From contig OZ024751.1 in NCBI GenBank assembly GCA_964016885.1, positions 14,508,001 to 14,572,000 on the forward strand: a DNA stretch of 64,000 nt. The letters run 5' to 3'. Below the pieces are notes generated by a model that was not told where the DNA came from, did not search any database, and saw only the letters and a program-made list of their open reading frames with translations. The translations under genes and the position numbers were made by a program. Positions 38,101 through 50,159 of this stretch are shown here, in pieces. The first letter of the stretch is position 1. Each line of letters starts with the position of its first letter. Source of the stretch: Eledone cirrhosa. Its lineage: Eukaryota.

Positions 38101-40231
38101 TCATCATCATCATCATCATCATCACCGTTTTACGTCCGTTCTTCCACGCTAGCATGGGTTAGACGGGTTGTCCTGTTGTGGGCAGTGTCTGGTCGGCTGA
38201 CCATGCCTTGCTCATACAGGAACTGATCTGGCTTGATTTCTACAGCTGGATGCCCTTCCTAACACCAACCTCATTTACAGTGAGTGCTGGGTGCTTTTTC
38301 GTGGCGCCTACACGTCCACTTTACAGTGTGGGCTGGGTGCTTTTTTGCCGTGGCACCTCCACGACCACCTTGCGGTGGGGGGGGGGGGCATATTGTTTAT
38401 ATGCTTCAGCATGTACCCATGGGAGGTCGGGTACCCTGTATTACTGCGTGACGCCAGAAGTCACGGTCGTGTGTCATTGACTTTGAGAGGTGTAGTTGGG
38501 TAAGGTCGGCTTTTATCACCTCATCCCAAGTCATCTTGGGTCTCCCCACTCCGCGGTTTCCATCAACTTCTAGTGCTCTGCACCTTTTTATGCAGCTGTC
38601 ATCCTTCATACGCATCACATGTCCATACCAGCGTAACCGCCTCTCCTGCACGCAGCATTTGATTCCTCTTATGCTCAGTCTCTCTCTCAATTCATTTATG
38701 CTTTGTCGTTCACGTATATTACTGTTACACATCCATCGGAGCATGCAGGCTTCGTTTCTCTCTAATCTACGTAGGTCTTCCACCTTCAGCGCCCAGGTCT
38801 CACTACCATGCAACATCGCTGTTCGGATACACGCATCATACAGTCTGCCTTTCATTCTGAGGGAGAAGCCTTTTGCAGCTAGCAGTGGTAGTAGTTCCCT
38901 AAACTTCTTCCATCCCGTTCTTACCCTAGTTATTGTACTTTCTGAGCACCCACCTCCGTTGCTAATTCGGTCACCTAGGTAGCAGAAGCTGTCTACTGTT
39001 TCTACAGGGCCCTCCCAGAGATTGGTGGTACTTGTTTCCTGTGGCTGTTTGCTTGCTGTTTCAGCACAGCTGCTGCATGTGAATCCTACATTCTTAATTA
39101 AGCTTCCTGAGATCCCGCTACATCTCTTGTGTACCCATTGTTTGCATTTGGGGCAAAGAATGGAGTTCCTACCTACACCTTTCCTACATACTGAGCAAGG
39201 CCATTTCCCTGAGGGGATCTGGGTTCTGTTTTCTCGTCTACTTATAAGGACCTTAGTCTTTGTCATGTTGACTTTGAGGCCCTTTCTCTCTAGTCCCTGC
39301 TTCCAGGTTTGGAATTTATTCTCTAGTTCTACCATAGATTCAGCTATGAGTGCGAGGTCATCAGCATACAGGAGTTCCCATGGGCATCCGGTCTTAAACT
39401 CCTCCGTTATTGCCTGCAGGACTATGATGAACAGGAGAGGGCTAAGAACAGAGCCCTGGTGGACCCCAACCTGTACGCTAAATTCCTCGCTATACTCATT
39501 GCCAATCCTAACTTTGCTGACTGCTCCCCTATACATGGCTTGTACCGCTTTCACAAGCCATTCATCTACTCCTAGTTTTCTAAGAGCCCACCAGATTACT
39601 GCACGTGGAACTCTGTCAAAGGCTTTCTCAAGGTCGACAAATGCCAAGTAGAGTGGCTTACTTTTAGCTAGGTACTTTTCCTGTAATTGCCTCACAAGGA
39701 AGAGCGCATCAGTGGTGCCTTTCCCTGGAACAAACCCAAATTGCATCTCGTCTATATTCACCCGGTCCCTAATCAGCTGTGCTATAACTCTTTCTGTTAC
39801 TTTCATGACCTGGTCCATCAACTTTATACCTCTATAGTTTCCTCTATCTAGTGCATCGCCTTTACCTTTGTAGCAGTTGACAATGATGCTACTGCACCAA
39901 TCTTTTGGTATGGCCCCCTCTAGTATTACCTGGTTAACGATACGTGTGGTTATAGTGTGACCTACAGACCCAGATGCCTTCAGCATCTCGGCAGCTATAC
40001 CCGATGGACCGGTTGCCTTCCCTATCTTCATATCTCTGATTGCCTTACTTACTACGCTGCCGCTGACTTGTACTGCTGGTCCCTCTATAGGGTCTACGTG
40101 GGGTAGGGTCTCTTCTTCCCATGCATTCTCCTCATTTAGTAATCTATCATAATGACTCTTCCATGCATCTTTCTTCTCAGCACTTGTGAGGGCAAGCTCA
40201 CCTTTATCATTCCGGATACACTTCTCTCCAA
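38101..40231 (-). mobile_element. 5'-truncated RTE-clade LINE with an uninterrupted RT ORF (38406-~40231) and 3'UTR ending in (GAT)n
   Basis: RT motifs NYRGIKLM, QFGF, FVDLEKAFDRV, GVHQGSVLSPLLF and LLYADD. RTE C-terminal motifs HGSETW, RRLRWYGHV and GRPKMTW. No endonuclease domain is present. Confidence 0.95.
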
Positions 40232-40243
40232 TGATATATATAA

Positions 40244-40797
40244 TAATTGTTTCTACTTTTGGCACAAGGCCAGCAATTACCCAGTTCATTACTGGTACTT
40301 TATTTTATCGACCCGGTAAGGATGAAAGGCAAAGTTAACCTCGATGGGATTTGAACTCAGACCGTAAAGGGACGTAAGTATGCTGGAAAGTATAATAATT
40401 GTTTCTACGTTAGGCACAAGGCCAGCAATTACCCAGTGCATTACTGGTACTTTATTTTATCGACCCCGTAAGGATGAAAGGCAAAGTTAACCTCGGCGAG
40501 ATTTGAACTCAGAATGGCAAGGGCCGTAACTCTATACGTCAAAAGCATGGCGTCCGACCCTCTACCAATACTGCCAATATGGTTTCTTATATCGGCACAA
40601 GGCCATCAATTTTGGGGGAGGGGAAAGTCAATTAAATCGACCCTAGTGCGTGACTGGTACTTTATTTTATTGACCCTGTAAAGATGAAAGGCAAAGTTAA
40701 CCTTGGCGGGATTTTAACTCAGATCATAAAGGGACGTATCTCAGTGCTGCAAAGCATGGCGTCCGACCATCTACCGATACTGCCAATTCACCGCCCT
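40244..40797 (-). mobile_element. Three tandem SINE family B copies abutting the RTE 5' end
   Basis: Copies at ~40244-40390, 40396-40578 and 40580-40797. Confidence 0.88.
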
Positions 40798-41031
40798 TAT
40801 AATAATAATAATAATAATAATTATAAAAAGGATGATTTGTTATGTCTTCATTATGTTTATTGTGTAGTGACACACGTTTCACTGTTGATCAGCTCAAGGT
40901 TCAATCTGTATCGATCTGACCAACTTTGGAATCAAAAGCATGGTCAGACCTCTGTTGAGGTAATGTGTGTTTGTGTGGCTGTGTGTATATATGTATGTAT
41001 ACACACACGCACACATATATTATATATATAA

Positions 41032-41145
41032 ATTTCATAGAGAAATAACTCCTACAGGATTAGAAATGTTCCATTCCCTGGCAGTACAATAATTTCAAAC
41101 AAATGAAACAGTTCTAGTCTTGTAGAAGTTATTTCTATATGAAAT
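41032..41145. repeat. Inverted repeat, ~42-bp arms, with hammerhead 3'-half-like motif
   Basis: ATTTCATAGAGAAATAACTCCTACAGGATTAGAAATGTTCCATT pairs with AATGAAACAGTTCTAGTCTTGTAGAAGTTATTTCTATATGAAAT. Confidence 0.8.
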
Positions 41146-41324
41146 AATTATGTACATCCTTTACTAATGTATTGAGTACAGGTTTGTCCCACTTGAGGCA
41201 AGATTGGTCGGGTGGCTGTGTCTTGCTCGTATAGAACTGTTTCTGGCTTTATATATTCTTTTATCTTTTACCTGTTCCAGCCATCCAGCTGAGGCCATGC
41301 TGGGGCACAGCCCTTGAAAGGAAA

Positions 41325-41433
41325 TGCTTACAGCACCTAGGTTTCCCAAGCGATCACCCATCTAAGGCTCGACGTTGCTTAACTTCGGTGATCGGACGAG
41401 AACCGGTGTTTTCAGTGTGATATGGCCGTAAAC
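41325..41433 (-). pseudogene. 5S rRNA pseudogene or SINE3-like head
   Basis: GTTTACGGCCATATCACACTGAAAACACCGGTTCTCGTCCGATCACCGAAGTTAAGCAACGTCGAGCC[~10 nt deleted]TTAGATGGGTGATCGCTTGGGAAACCTAGGTGCTGTAAGCA. Confidence 0.9.
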
Positions 41434-41989
41434 GTATATATTTATATATCTATATATATATATACACACACACACACATAGATATACACACACACATATG
41501 TATGTATAAATATATACATATGTGTATACATGTATGTGTGTGTGTGTATATACAATGTTCAGAAAGCCAGTAAAATGCAGATACAGTATGATGATACAGT
41601 ATCACAGTAAATGGATGACAATGGATTACCCAATGGATTACCCAATGTGATATTTCAAGGTAAAGATCTTTTCATATGAAGAGAATGTCTTCCATGAAAT
41701 ATGAGGAACAAATATAGAGGGTGAAAACATCTTGTTTTGTCATCCTTTTACCCCACTACGGTCTGTATACTTCTAACTGCATTATACTGGCTTTATAAAT
41801 ACATATTATTTATTATATACCTCACAATGTTTCATGTAAGCTATACCATTATATATATATATATACACATACACACAAACATACATATATATACACATAT
41901 GTATAACATGGTGTCACCAAAAAATGTATACACACTTCAACAACATTCTAATAAATATATGTATATATTTTGGGGGGATACCTTGTATC

Positions 41990-42327
41990 TACACATTATA
42001 TACACACATATGCACAGCTACACATACATATACATACACATATATATATATATACACATACATATACATACATATATATATATATATATACACATACATA
42101 TACATACATATATATATATATACACATACATATACATATATATATATATATACACATACATACATACATATATATATATACACATACATACATACATATA
42201 TATATACACATACATATATATATATATATATACACACATATCCATACATATATACACATCTACACAGACACACACACCCATTTATATATATATATATATA
42301 CACACATATACATACATATATACACAG

Positions 42328-42376
<49 letters not shown>

Positions 42377-42477
42377 CATATATACAGACACACACATATA
42401 TATATATATATACGCACATATACATACATATATACACATCTACACAGACACACATACACATATATATATATATACAC

Positions 42478-42508
<31 letters not shown>

Positions 42509-43760
42509 AAAATACATACATACATACACAGGCACACATATATATATATATATACATACTCATACACACCTATATATACACACACCATGCACATAAGTGC
42601 TGGTGAGATTACAGAGTTGAAAAAAGAAACAATATAATATATTAATAAGCAGACATTTTTCTAACCCTCTCCTTTGGAGAGCAAGTCTTACTGATTGTAA
42701 GTTGAAAACAATGTATCAGAAAATAATGATGCTGTGTAGTCAGATCCTAACCTACACACTACTACCACCATCACTAACTACCACTACCATCACTACCATC
42801 GTCACTACCATCAGTACCACCATCATTACCATCACTACCATCGTCACTACCACCTTCATACACACTACCATCTCTGCCACCATCACATACACACTACAGT
42901 CACTACCACCATCTCTACCATCACCACCGTCACTACCACCATCATACACACTACCATCTCTACCATCACTACCACCACCACCTTCATACACACTACCACC
43001 TCTACCACCATCACATACACACTACCATCTCTACCACCATCACATACACACTACCATCACTACCACCATCTCTACCATCACCACCATCATACACACTACC
43101 ATCACTACCACCACCACCTTCATACACACTACCATCACCTTCATACACACTACCATCACTACCACCTCCATACACACTACCATCACATACACTATCACCA
43201 TCACCACCACCATCACACACACTAACACCACCACCACCACCACACACACTATCACCACCACCACCATCATCACCCCACCAAGTGTATTATTGCTGTAATA
43301 TAAAGAGATTTCAGATAAGAACAAAGATACATTAAACAAGAAACAATTCCTATTTTATGAAAAAAAAAAGAAATCTCTCTTTCACTCTCTTTATTTTGTC
43401 TTCTTCCTCCTCTCTCTTAATCTCCCTTTCTCTCTTTTTCTCTCTCTTAATCTTCCTCTTTCACTCTCTCTCCCTCCCTTTCTCTCGCTCTTAATCTCCC
43501 TCTTTCTCCTTCACTCCTCGGTTCTTTCTCTCTCTCTCTCATTCTTTCCCTTTCTCCTTTCCTTCGCTATCTCAGTTTCCCCCCCTCTCTCTCAATCTTT
43601 CCCTCCCTTTCTTTCACTATCCCTCTCCCTCTCATTCTTTCCCTTTCTCCTTTCCTTCACTATCTCAGTTTCCTCTCCTCTCTCTCTCAATCTTTCCCAC
43701 CCTCATATCTGTCACTATCTCCATCTCACCCTCTTCACCATCCTGTCTTCTATCTCTACC
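41990..43760. repeat. Consecutive simple-sequence tracts: (TA/CA)n, (CACTAC/CAT)n and (CT)-rich
   Basis: Low-complexity runs at ~41990-42590, 42750-43280 and 43370-43760. Confidence 0.9.
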
Positions 43761-44536
43761 CCCTCCTCCCTCATATTCTCATAGCTAAGAATTGATAGAA
43801 TTATTGAACAGTGCCACACCAGAAGCTTTTATAGCAGACTTCTTGCAGCTCACTTCATTTCTCTAATTTTTACTACTTCAGCATCACACTACTTTGGTGT
43901 GTTTTTTCCCCCCCTTCATCTTTCATCTTAAAAGAATATATAATATTTGCAATCTTCACTTTTTTTTCTTTCCTCTCTTTCATCTTCAAAGCTACTCCAA
44001 GAATTACCATATTTATCTTGTCTTTCTCTCTCTCCCCCTCTCTGTCTCTCTGACTCTCTCCCTCATTCTAGATATTTTGATATTCTGTATGCCAAATATA
44101 TCATTTCTTTAGCACTTCATCTCTATCTTTCCACCTCCAAGTTGTAATGGATGCAAAGATAAGTAGATTTAAAACGAGAAAGAACGCTAAGATTCCCAGA
44201 GCCAAGGGACCAGAATATACTTAATCAACAGCACTGAGATGCTTTAACGTAGTGCAACACACTGTAATATATATAGCAGTATATCTATATCTATTACGTG
44301 TTCCAGCCGACAGGCTGAGGCCATGCCGGGGCACTGCCATTAGCAATAGCTAGGTAAAAGAAAACCAAGATATATAGCAACTCAAGTCTGTATGGTACGG
44401 TTGTAGTAACTGGCCTTAATAATTATATATAAGATGGATGAGTTGCGTAACGTTGAGTGCTTTTCCTACTATTACATCATGGTTAACTATATGGAATGAC
44501 CAGTTCTATCCATTGGTGAACCACCTAACCTGAATG

Positions 44537-44571
<35 letters not shown>

Positions 44572-44589
44572 TGAAATTGACTGGTTGTT

Positions 44590-44928
44590 GCCTGAAAAGG
44601 TCTTAAGCTAGCTAGATATAGATCTAACATAAAGGTAACACCTGAAGAGGTCTCAAGCTAGCTAGATATAGATATAACACTGACACACCTGAAGAGGTCT
44701 CAAGCTAGCTAGATATAGACCTAACACTAAGACAACACCTGTAAAAAGGTCTCAAACTAGCTAGATATAGACCTAACAATAAGACAACAGCTGTAAAAAG
44801 GTCTAGAGCTAGCTAGATATAGATCTAAGACTGAGACACCTACAGAGGTCTTAAGCTAGCTAGATAGAGATCTAAGACTGAGACACCTGAAGAGGTCTCA
44901 AGCTAGCTAGATTTAGACCTAAGACTGA
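44590..44928. repeat. ~49-bp tandem repeat, 7 copies
   Basis: CCTGAAGAGGTCTCAAGCTAGCTAGATATAGACCTAACACTAAGACA consensus. Confidence 0.9.
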
Positions 44929-45032
44929 TGTTGTACATTAAGACAACATATATGGACATTTGTATTGCCTGCCTTTGATACAAGTGAAGATATGTCATGC
45001 ACTGCCTGCCATATCATCATCATCATCTACAT

Positions 45033-45196
45033 CAGTGGTTCCCAAAGGTTCCGCAAACAAGTGTTTGAGGTTCCATGAAAAAACGTAGAGGAGTAATATT
45101 AATATTACGACCATATAACAGTATTAGACTTTGGGGTTCCCCAAAAGTTTCTGAATCAAAAAGGGTTCCGCATTTGAAAAAGTTTAGGAAACCCTG
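45033..45196. mobile_element. hAT (Charlie-like) MITE with 8-bp TSD ATCTACAT
   Basis: TIRs CAGTGGTTCCCAAA / TTTAGGAAACCCTG. TSD at 45025-45032 and 45197-45204. Confidence 0.9.
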
Positions 45197-45259
45197 ATCT
45201 ACATCCACTGGTCTGTAATTACAACACAATATAGACCACTATAATATAATAGTCTATAG

Positions 45260-45427
45260 CAGCGGTTACCAAAGTGGGGTCCGCAAACAAGCGTCTGGGG
45301 TTCCGTGAAAAAATGGTAGAGGGGTGTATTTATAATATGACCATATAACTGTATTAGACTTTGAGGTTCCCCCAAAAGTTTCTGAGCGAAAAAGGGTTCC
45401 GCGTTTGAAAAAGTTTGGGAAACCCTG
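45260..45427. mobile_element. hAT (Charlie-like) MITE with 8-bp TSD GTCTATAG
   Basis: TIRs CAGCGGTTACCAAA / TTTGGGAAACCCTG. TSD at 45252-45259 and 45428-45435. Confidence 0.9.
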
Positions 45428-46160
45428 GTCTATAGTTATACCATAATATAGTATAGTGGTCTATAGTTATACCACAATATAGTGGTATATAGTATAGTGG
45501 TCTATAGTTATACCACAATATAGTGGTATATAGTATAGTGGTCTATAGTTATACCACAATATAGTGGTATATAGTATAGTGGTCTATAGTTATACTATAA
45601 TATAGAGGTATATAGTATAGTGGTCTATAGTTATACCACCATATAGTGGTATATAGTATAGTGGTCTATAGTTATACCACAATATAGTGGTATATAGTAT
45701 AGTGGTCTATAGTTATACCATAATATAGTGGTATATAGTATAGTGGTCTATAGTTATACCACAATATAGTGGTATATAGTATAGTGGTCTATAGTTATAC
45801 CACAATATAGTGGTATATAGTATAGTGGTCTATAGTTATACCACAATATAGTGGTATATAGTATAGTGGTCTATAGTTATACCACAATATAGTGGTATAT
45901 AGTATAGTGGTCTATAGTTATACCACAATATAGTGGTATATAGTATAGTGGTCTATAGTTATACCACAATATAGTGGTATATAGTATAGTGGTCTATAGT
46001 TATACTATAATATAGAGGTATATAGTATAGTGGTCTATAGTTATACCACCATATAGTGGTATATAGTATAGTGGTCTATAGTTATGCCATAATATAGTGG
46101 TATATAGTATAGTGGTCTATAGTTATACCACAATATAGTGGTCTATGTTATACTACAATA
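45428..46160. repeat. 41-bp minisatellite, about 17 copies
   Basis: TAGTGGTCTATAGTTATACCACAATATAGTGGTATATAGTA. Confidence 0.95.
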
Positions 46161-47489
46161 TGGTGTTACGGCCCTTTATAGCCTGAGTTCAAATCCTGCC
46201 GAGGTTAACTTTGCCTTTCATCCTTACGGGGTCGATAAAATAAAGTACCAGTAATACACTGGGATAATTGCTGGCCTTGTGCCAAAAGTATAACCAATAT
46301 GGTGATCTATAGTTATAACACAATATGGCGGTCTATAGTGGTCTATTGTGTAATGGTATGTGTAATGTGTGTAATACATAAGATGTGTATGTGTATGTGT
46401 GTGTAGTGTAATACATAAGACGTGTGTGTTGTGTAATAGATCAGACATGTATGTGTGGAAGAGAGAGAGGGAGGTAATGGTGGTGACAGTAGAGGTGGTG
46501 GTGGTTGTGGTGACAGTAGAGGTGGTGGTAGTGGTGATAGTAGTGGTAGTGGTGGTGATGGTAGTGGTGGTGATGATAGTGGTGGTGATGGTAGTGATGG
46601 TAGTGGTGACAGTAGAGGTGGTGGTAGTGGTAGCGTTGATGGTAATGGTAATGGTAGTGGCAGTGGTGGTAGTGGTAGTGACAGTGGGTCGTGCTGGTAA
46701 TATGTAAACGTATGTGAATAATATTGAAGAAGTATAATTGATGTTTCTAAAAGCTATATTGACAAGTCTGTAGCTGTGATGTTTTCAAGAGCACTTCTTT
46801 GTATGTGAACTGTGGCAAAATGATCTCCTTTCAATAGAATAAGTCCATTTTACTGGCAAACACTCACACAGTATAAAGGAAAGCAAAACAAGAGATTTTA
46901 GTTTTAATTAGTGGCACCATTGTCTTGCCAAACTAGTAAGTAAATGAATTTGGTTGCCAAGAACATGTTGTAGTTAGTTTCCATGATGGAATTATGAAAA
47001 CATCTATCCTGACACTTATTTACAGAGATTATCCTCTAAATAGCTCGGCAGGGAATCAATTAGTGGAGAATGAACTGCTATCTATCTCTGTTGATTGGTT
47101 CCAGAAGTATTAGAAGACAGGAGAATGGTTAGTTGTTCTTTAAGTCCACCTTTTGTGGTAGAGGAGACAGAAATGAGAATACTGTGTATGGTGGTGGTGG
47201 TGGTGGGGGTGGGGGGGGGGGGGGGTTGAATGAGTGTGGAAAGAGAGAGAGAGAGAGAGGGGGTGAGATGGAAAGGGAGAGGGGGAATGAGTGTGTGTGG
47301 AAAGAGAGAGGGGAGAGGGGGAATGAGAGTGTGTGGAAAGACAGGGGGGGATGAGGGAAGGAAAAAGAGAGAGAATGAATGTGTATGGAAAGAGAGAGGG
47401 AAAGCGAGAGAATGTTTGTAGATAGAGTGTGCGTAGAGAGAGAGAGATAGAGAGATAGACAGACGCACACATTACACATAGATTACATT

Positions 47490-48135
47490 TAAACATCACC
47501 AACAACACACACACACATAAATACACACATATTTACACATACATCACCAACAACACAGACACACACATAAATACACACATATTTACACATACATCACCAA
47601 CAACATACACACACACAGACACATTTACACATACATCACCAACAACACACACACAGACAGACAAATACACACATATTTACACATACATCACCAACAACAC
47701 ACACACAGACACATTTACACATACATCACCAACAACACACACACAGACAGACAGACAAATACACACATACATCACCAACAACACACACAGACAGACAAAT
47801 ACACACATATTTACACATACATCACCAACAACACACACACAGACAAATACACACATATTTACACATACATCACCAACAACACGCACACAGATAAATACAC
47901 ACACATTTACACATACATCACCAACAACACACACACACAGACAGACAAATACACACATATTTACACATACATCACCAACAACACACACACAGACAGACAA
48001 ATACACACATATTTACACATACATCACTAACAACACACAGACACAGATAAATAAACACATATTTACACATACATCACCAACACAGACAGACAAACAGACA
48101 CATTACACATACATTACATTTACACATCACCAACA
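47490..48135. repeat. ~45-50-bp CA-rich minisatellite
   Basis: ATTTACACATACATCACCAACAACAC core repeated about 13 times. Confidence 0.9.
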
Positions 48136-48353
48136 ACTGCACCACATGCAGTAACAAAATGGATGATGAAATATTTACTAAGCAGGCAAAAGGCAGGCAA
48201 ATAGCATCTGCAGTCTGGACAAATGCCGAGAAAATATTTATTTCAAAATCATTTCCCACTTTGTTAAAGGAATTTCTGGTAGTTGGTTGGTTGAATTCCA
48301 CAGATGAAGGTTGCAGTACAGAAGGATATTATTTATCAGCAGTAAAAAGAAAG

Positions 48354-48420
<67 letters not shown>

Positions 48421-48728
48421 TACTAAAGCCAGGCTCTTTTTCCTTCCTATGTTTAAATATCCCACTTACTGACACTGTTTAAGATAGTTGTATATATGGT
48501 GGTAAACTGTATTAATTCTGCTGGGACAGCTTTCAAGGAAATCTACTTTTACAATCTTTCGAGAAGAGATTCAAGTCAGGAACTACTGCTGATATACTTT
48601 AAAATAGAAGGAATTGGTCCAGAAGGTTTAACAGAGTTATTAAGTATATGTTTTGAAGACAGAGTTAACCTATTTCATAAAAAAAAAAACCGACAAAGAA
48701 TTTTTTCCTCAACACATAATCATCATTT

Positions 48729-48907
48729 TTAACCCTTTAGCATCTAAACTGGCCATATCTGGCCAGAATTCTCACCTCTTTCTGTTCAAACCAGTTGTAA
48801 CTTGCCACTCATACTTATGTTAAGGTATAGTTCTTAAAATAAATAACATAAAAATCTCATAGATTCAATATTATGTGAGATAAAGACTTAACCATGAAAA
48901 TACAATA

Positions 48908-48987
<80 letters not shown>

Positions 48988-49571
48988 AGAGAAAGAGAAA
49001 GAGAGAGAGAGAGAGAGAGTAATGTAAATGCTAAAGGGTTAAGCCTGCTTTTCCATGCTAGCATGGGGTTGGATAACAACCTATGCTTTATTTTTAAGTA
49101 TGGTGGCTATCATTGACCTTTGTTCAACCATTAAGCTGTGAGATGTACTGTTTATGAAAGACATAAACACATATCACATCTTACTTTAACTCGTTCATTA
49201 TCATATTTTGAATGAAAGACACTCACTGTTTATGTGTTTTAAATAATTCTGAAAATGATTGAGAATTTGGAGGGATATCATAAAATAACTGACTTTCTCA
49301 GTATTAAGTTGGGGTTTTGAACATAACAACCGATTTTACATAAAATCATGATAGAAATTTTTTTGATAAATATAAGACCATTAACCCCTTAGCATTTAAA
49401 CATGCCATATCTGACCAGAATTCTCTCCTCATTTTGTTCATACTGACATTAAGGTATCGTTTGCAAAATAAATAATATCATCATCAAAATCTTGTAGATT
49501 CCACATTATGTGAGATAAAGCCTTTACCACAAAAATGTAATAATAGAGTAATGTAAATGCTAAAGGGTTAA
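48729..49571. mobile_element. Two piggyBac-type MITEs (48729-49042 with an expanded (TA)n(GA)n; 49381-49571)
   Basis: TTAA-CCC(T/C)TTAGCAT...ATGCTAAAGGG-TTAA termini, in the opposite orientation to 17692. Confidence 0.8.
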
Positions 49572-49706
49572 AATAAACCTTTGCTCCATAGAATCAAGGG
49601 TTTTTTGGTAGTTTGGTATGAAAAGGGTTAAAACATTGTTGATACAAAGAGTCAATTAGAAACACAGACAAAGGCATCCAGCTGTAGAAACCATATCAAA
49701 AACTGA

Positions 49707-50066
49707 ATGTTTGATGTAGGACGAGGTTCTAGTATCAAGGTAGAAATGTTTGATGTAGGACAAGGTTCTAGTATCAAGGTAGAAATGTTTGATGTAGGAC
49801 AAGGTTCTAGTATCAAGGTAGAAATGTTTGATGTAGGACGAGGTTCTAGTATCAAGGTAGAAATGTTTGATGTAGGACGAGGTTCTAGTATCAAGGTAGA
49901 AATGTTTGATGTAGGACAAGGTTCTAGTATCAAGGTAGAAATGTTTGATGTAGGACGAGGTTCTAGTATCAAGGTAGAAATGTTTGATGTAGGACGAGGT
50001 TCTAGTATCAAGGTAGACATTATTGAATGTTTGATGTAGTTCAAGGTTCTAGTATCAAGGTAGACA
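49707..50066. repeat. 39-bp minisatellite, about 9 copies
   Basis: ATGTTTGATGTAGGAC(G/A)AGGTTCTAGTATCAAGGTAGAA. Confidence 0.95.
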
Positions 50067-50159
50067 TTAACTTTGAATAAGAACTGACTCAGATCATGCC
50101 CAGCCATGAGAGCAGGAAAACTGGACTTAATATGATGTATATATGTGTGTGTGAGTATG

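Noticed and set aside
41325-41433. Functional 5S rRNA gene
   Set aside because: It has a ~10-nt deletion in the internal control region, no T4 terminator, and is a solitary copy.
48074-48359. Short unique ORFs as the missing upstream ZNF608 exon
   Set aside because: They lack the TWRNKTYVGTL/WAPPR-like motif and a convincing splice pair.
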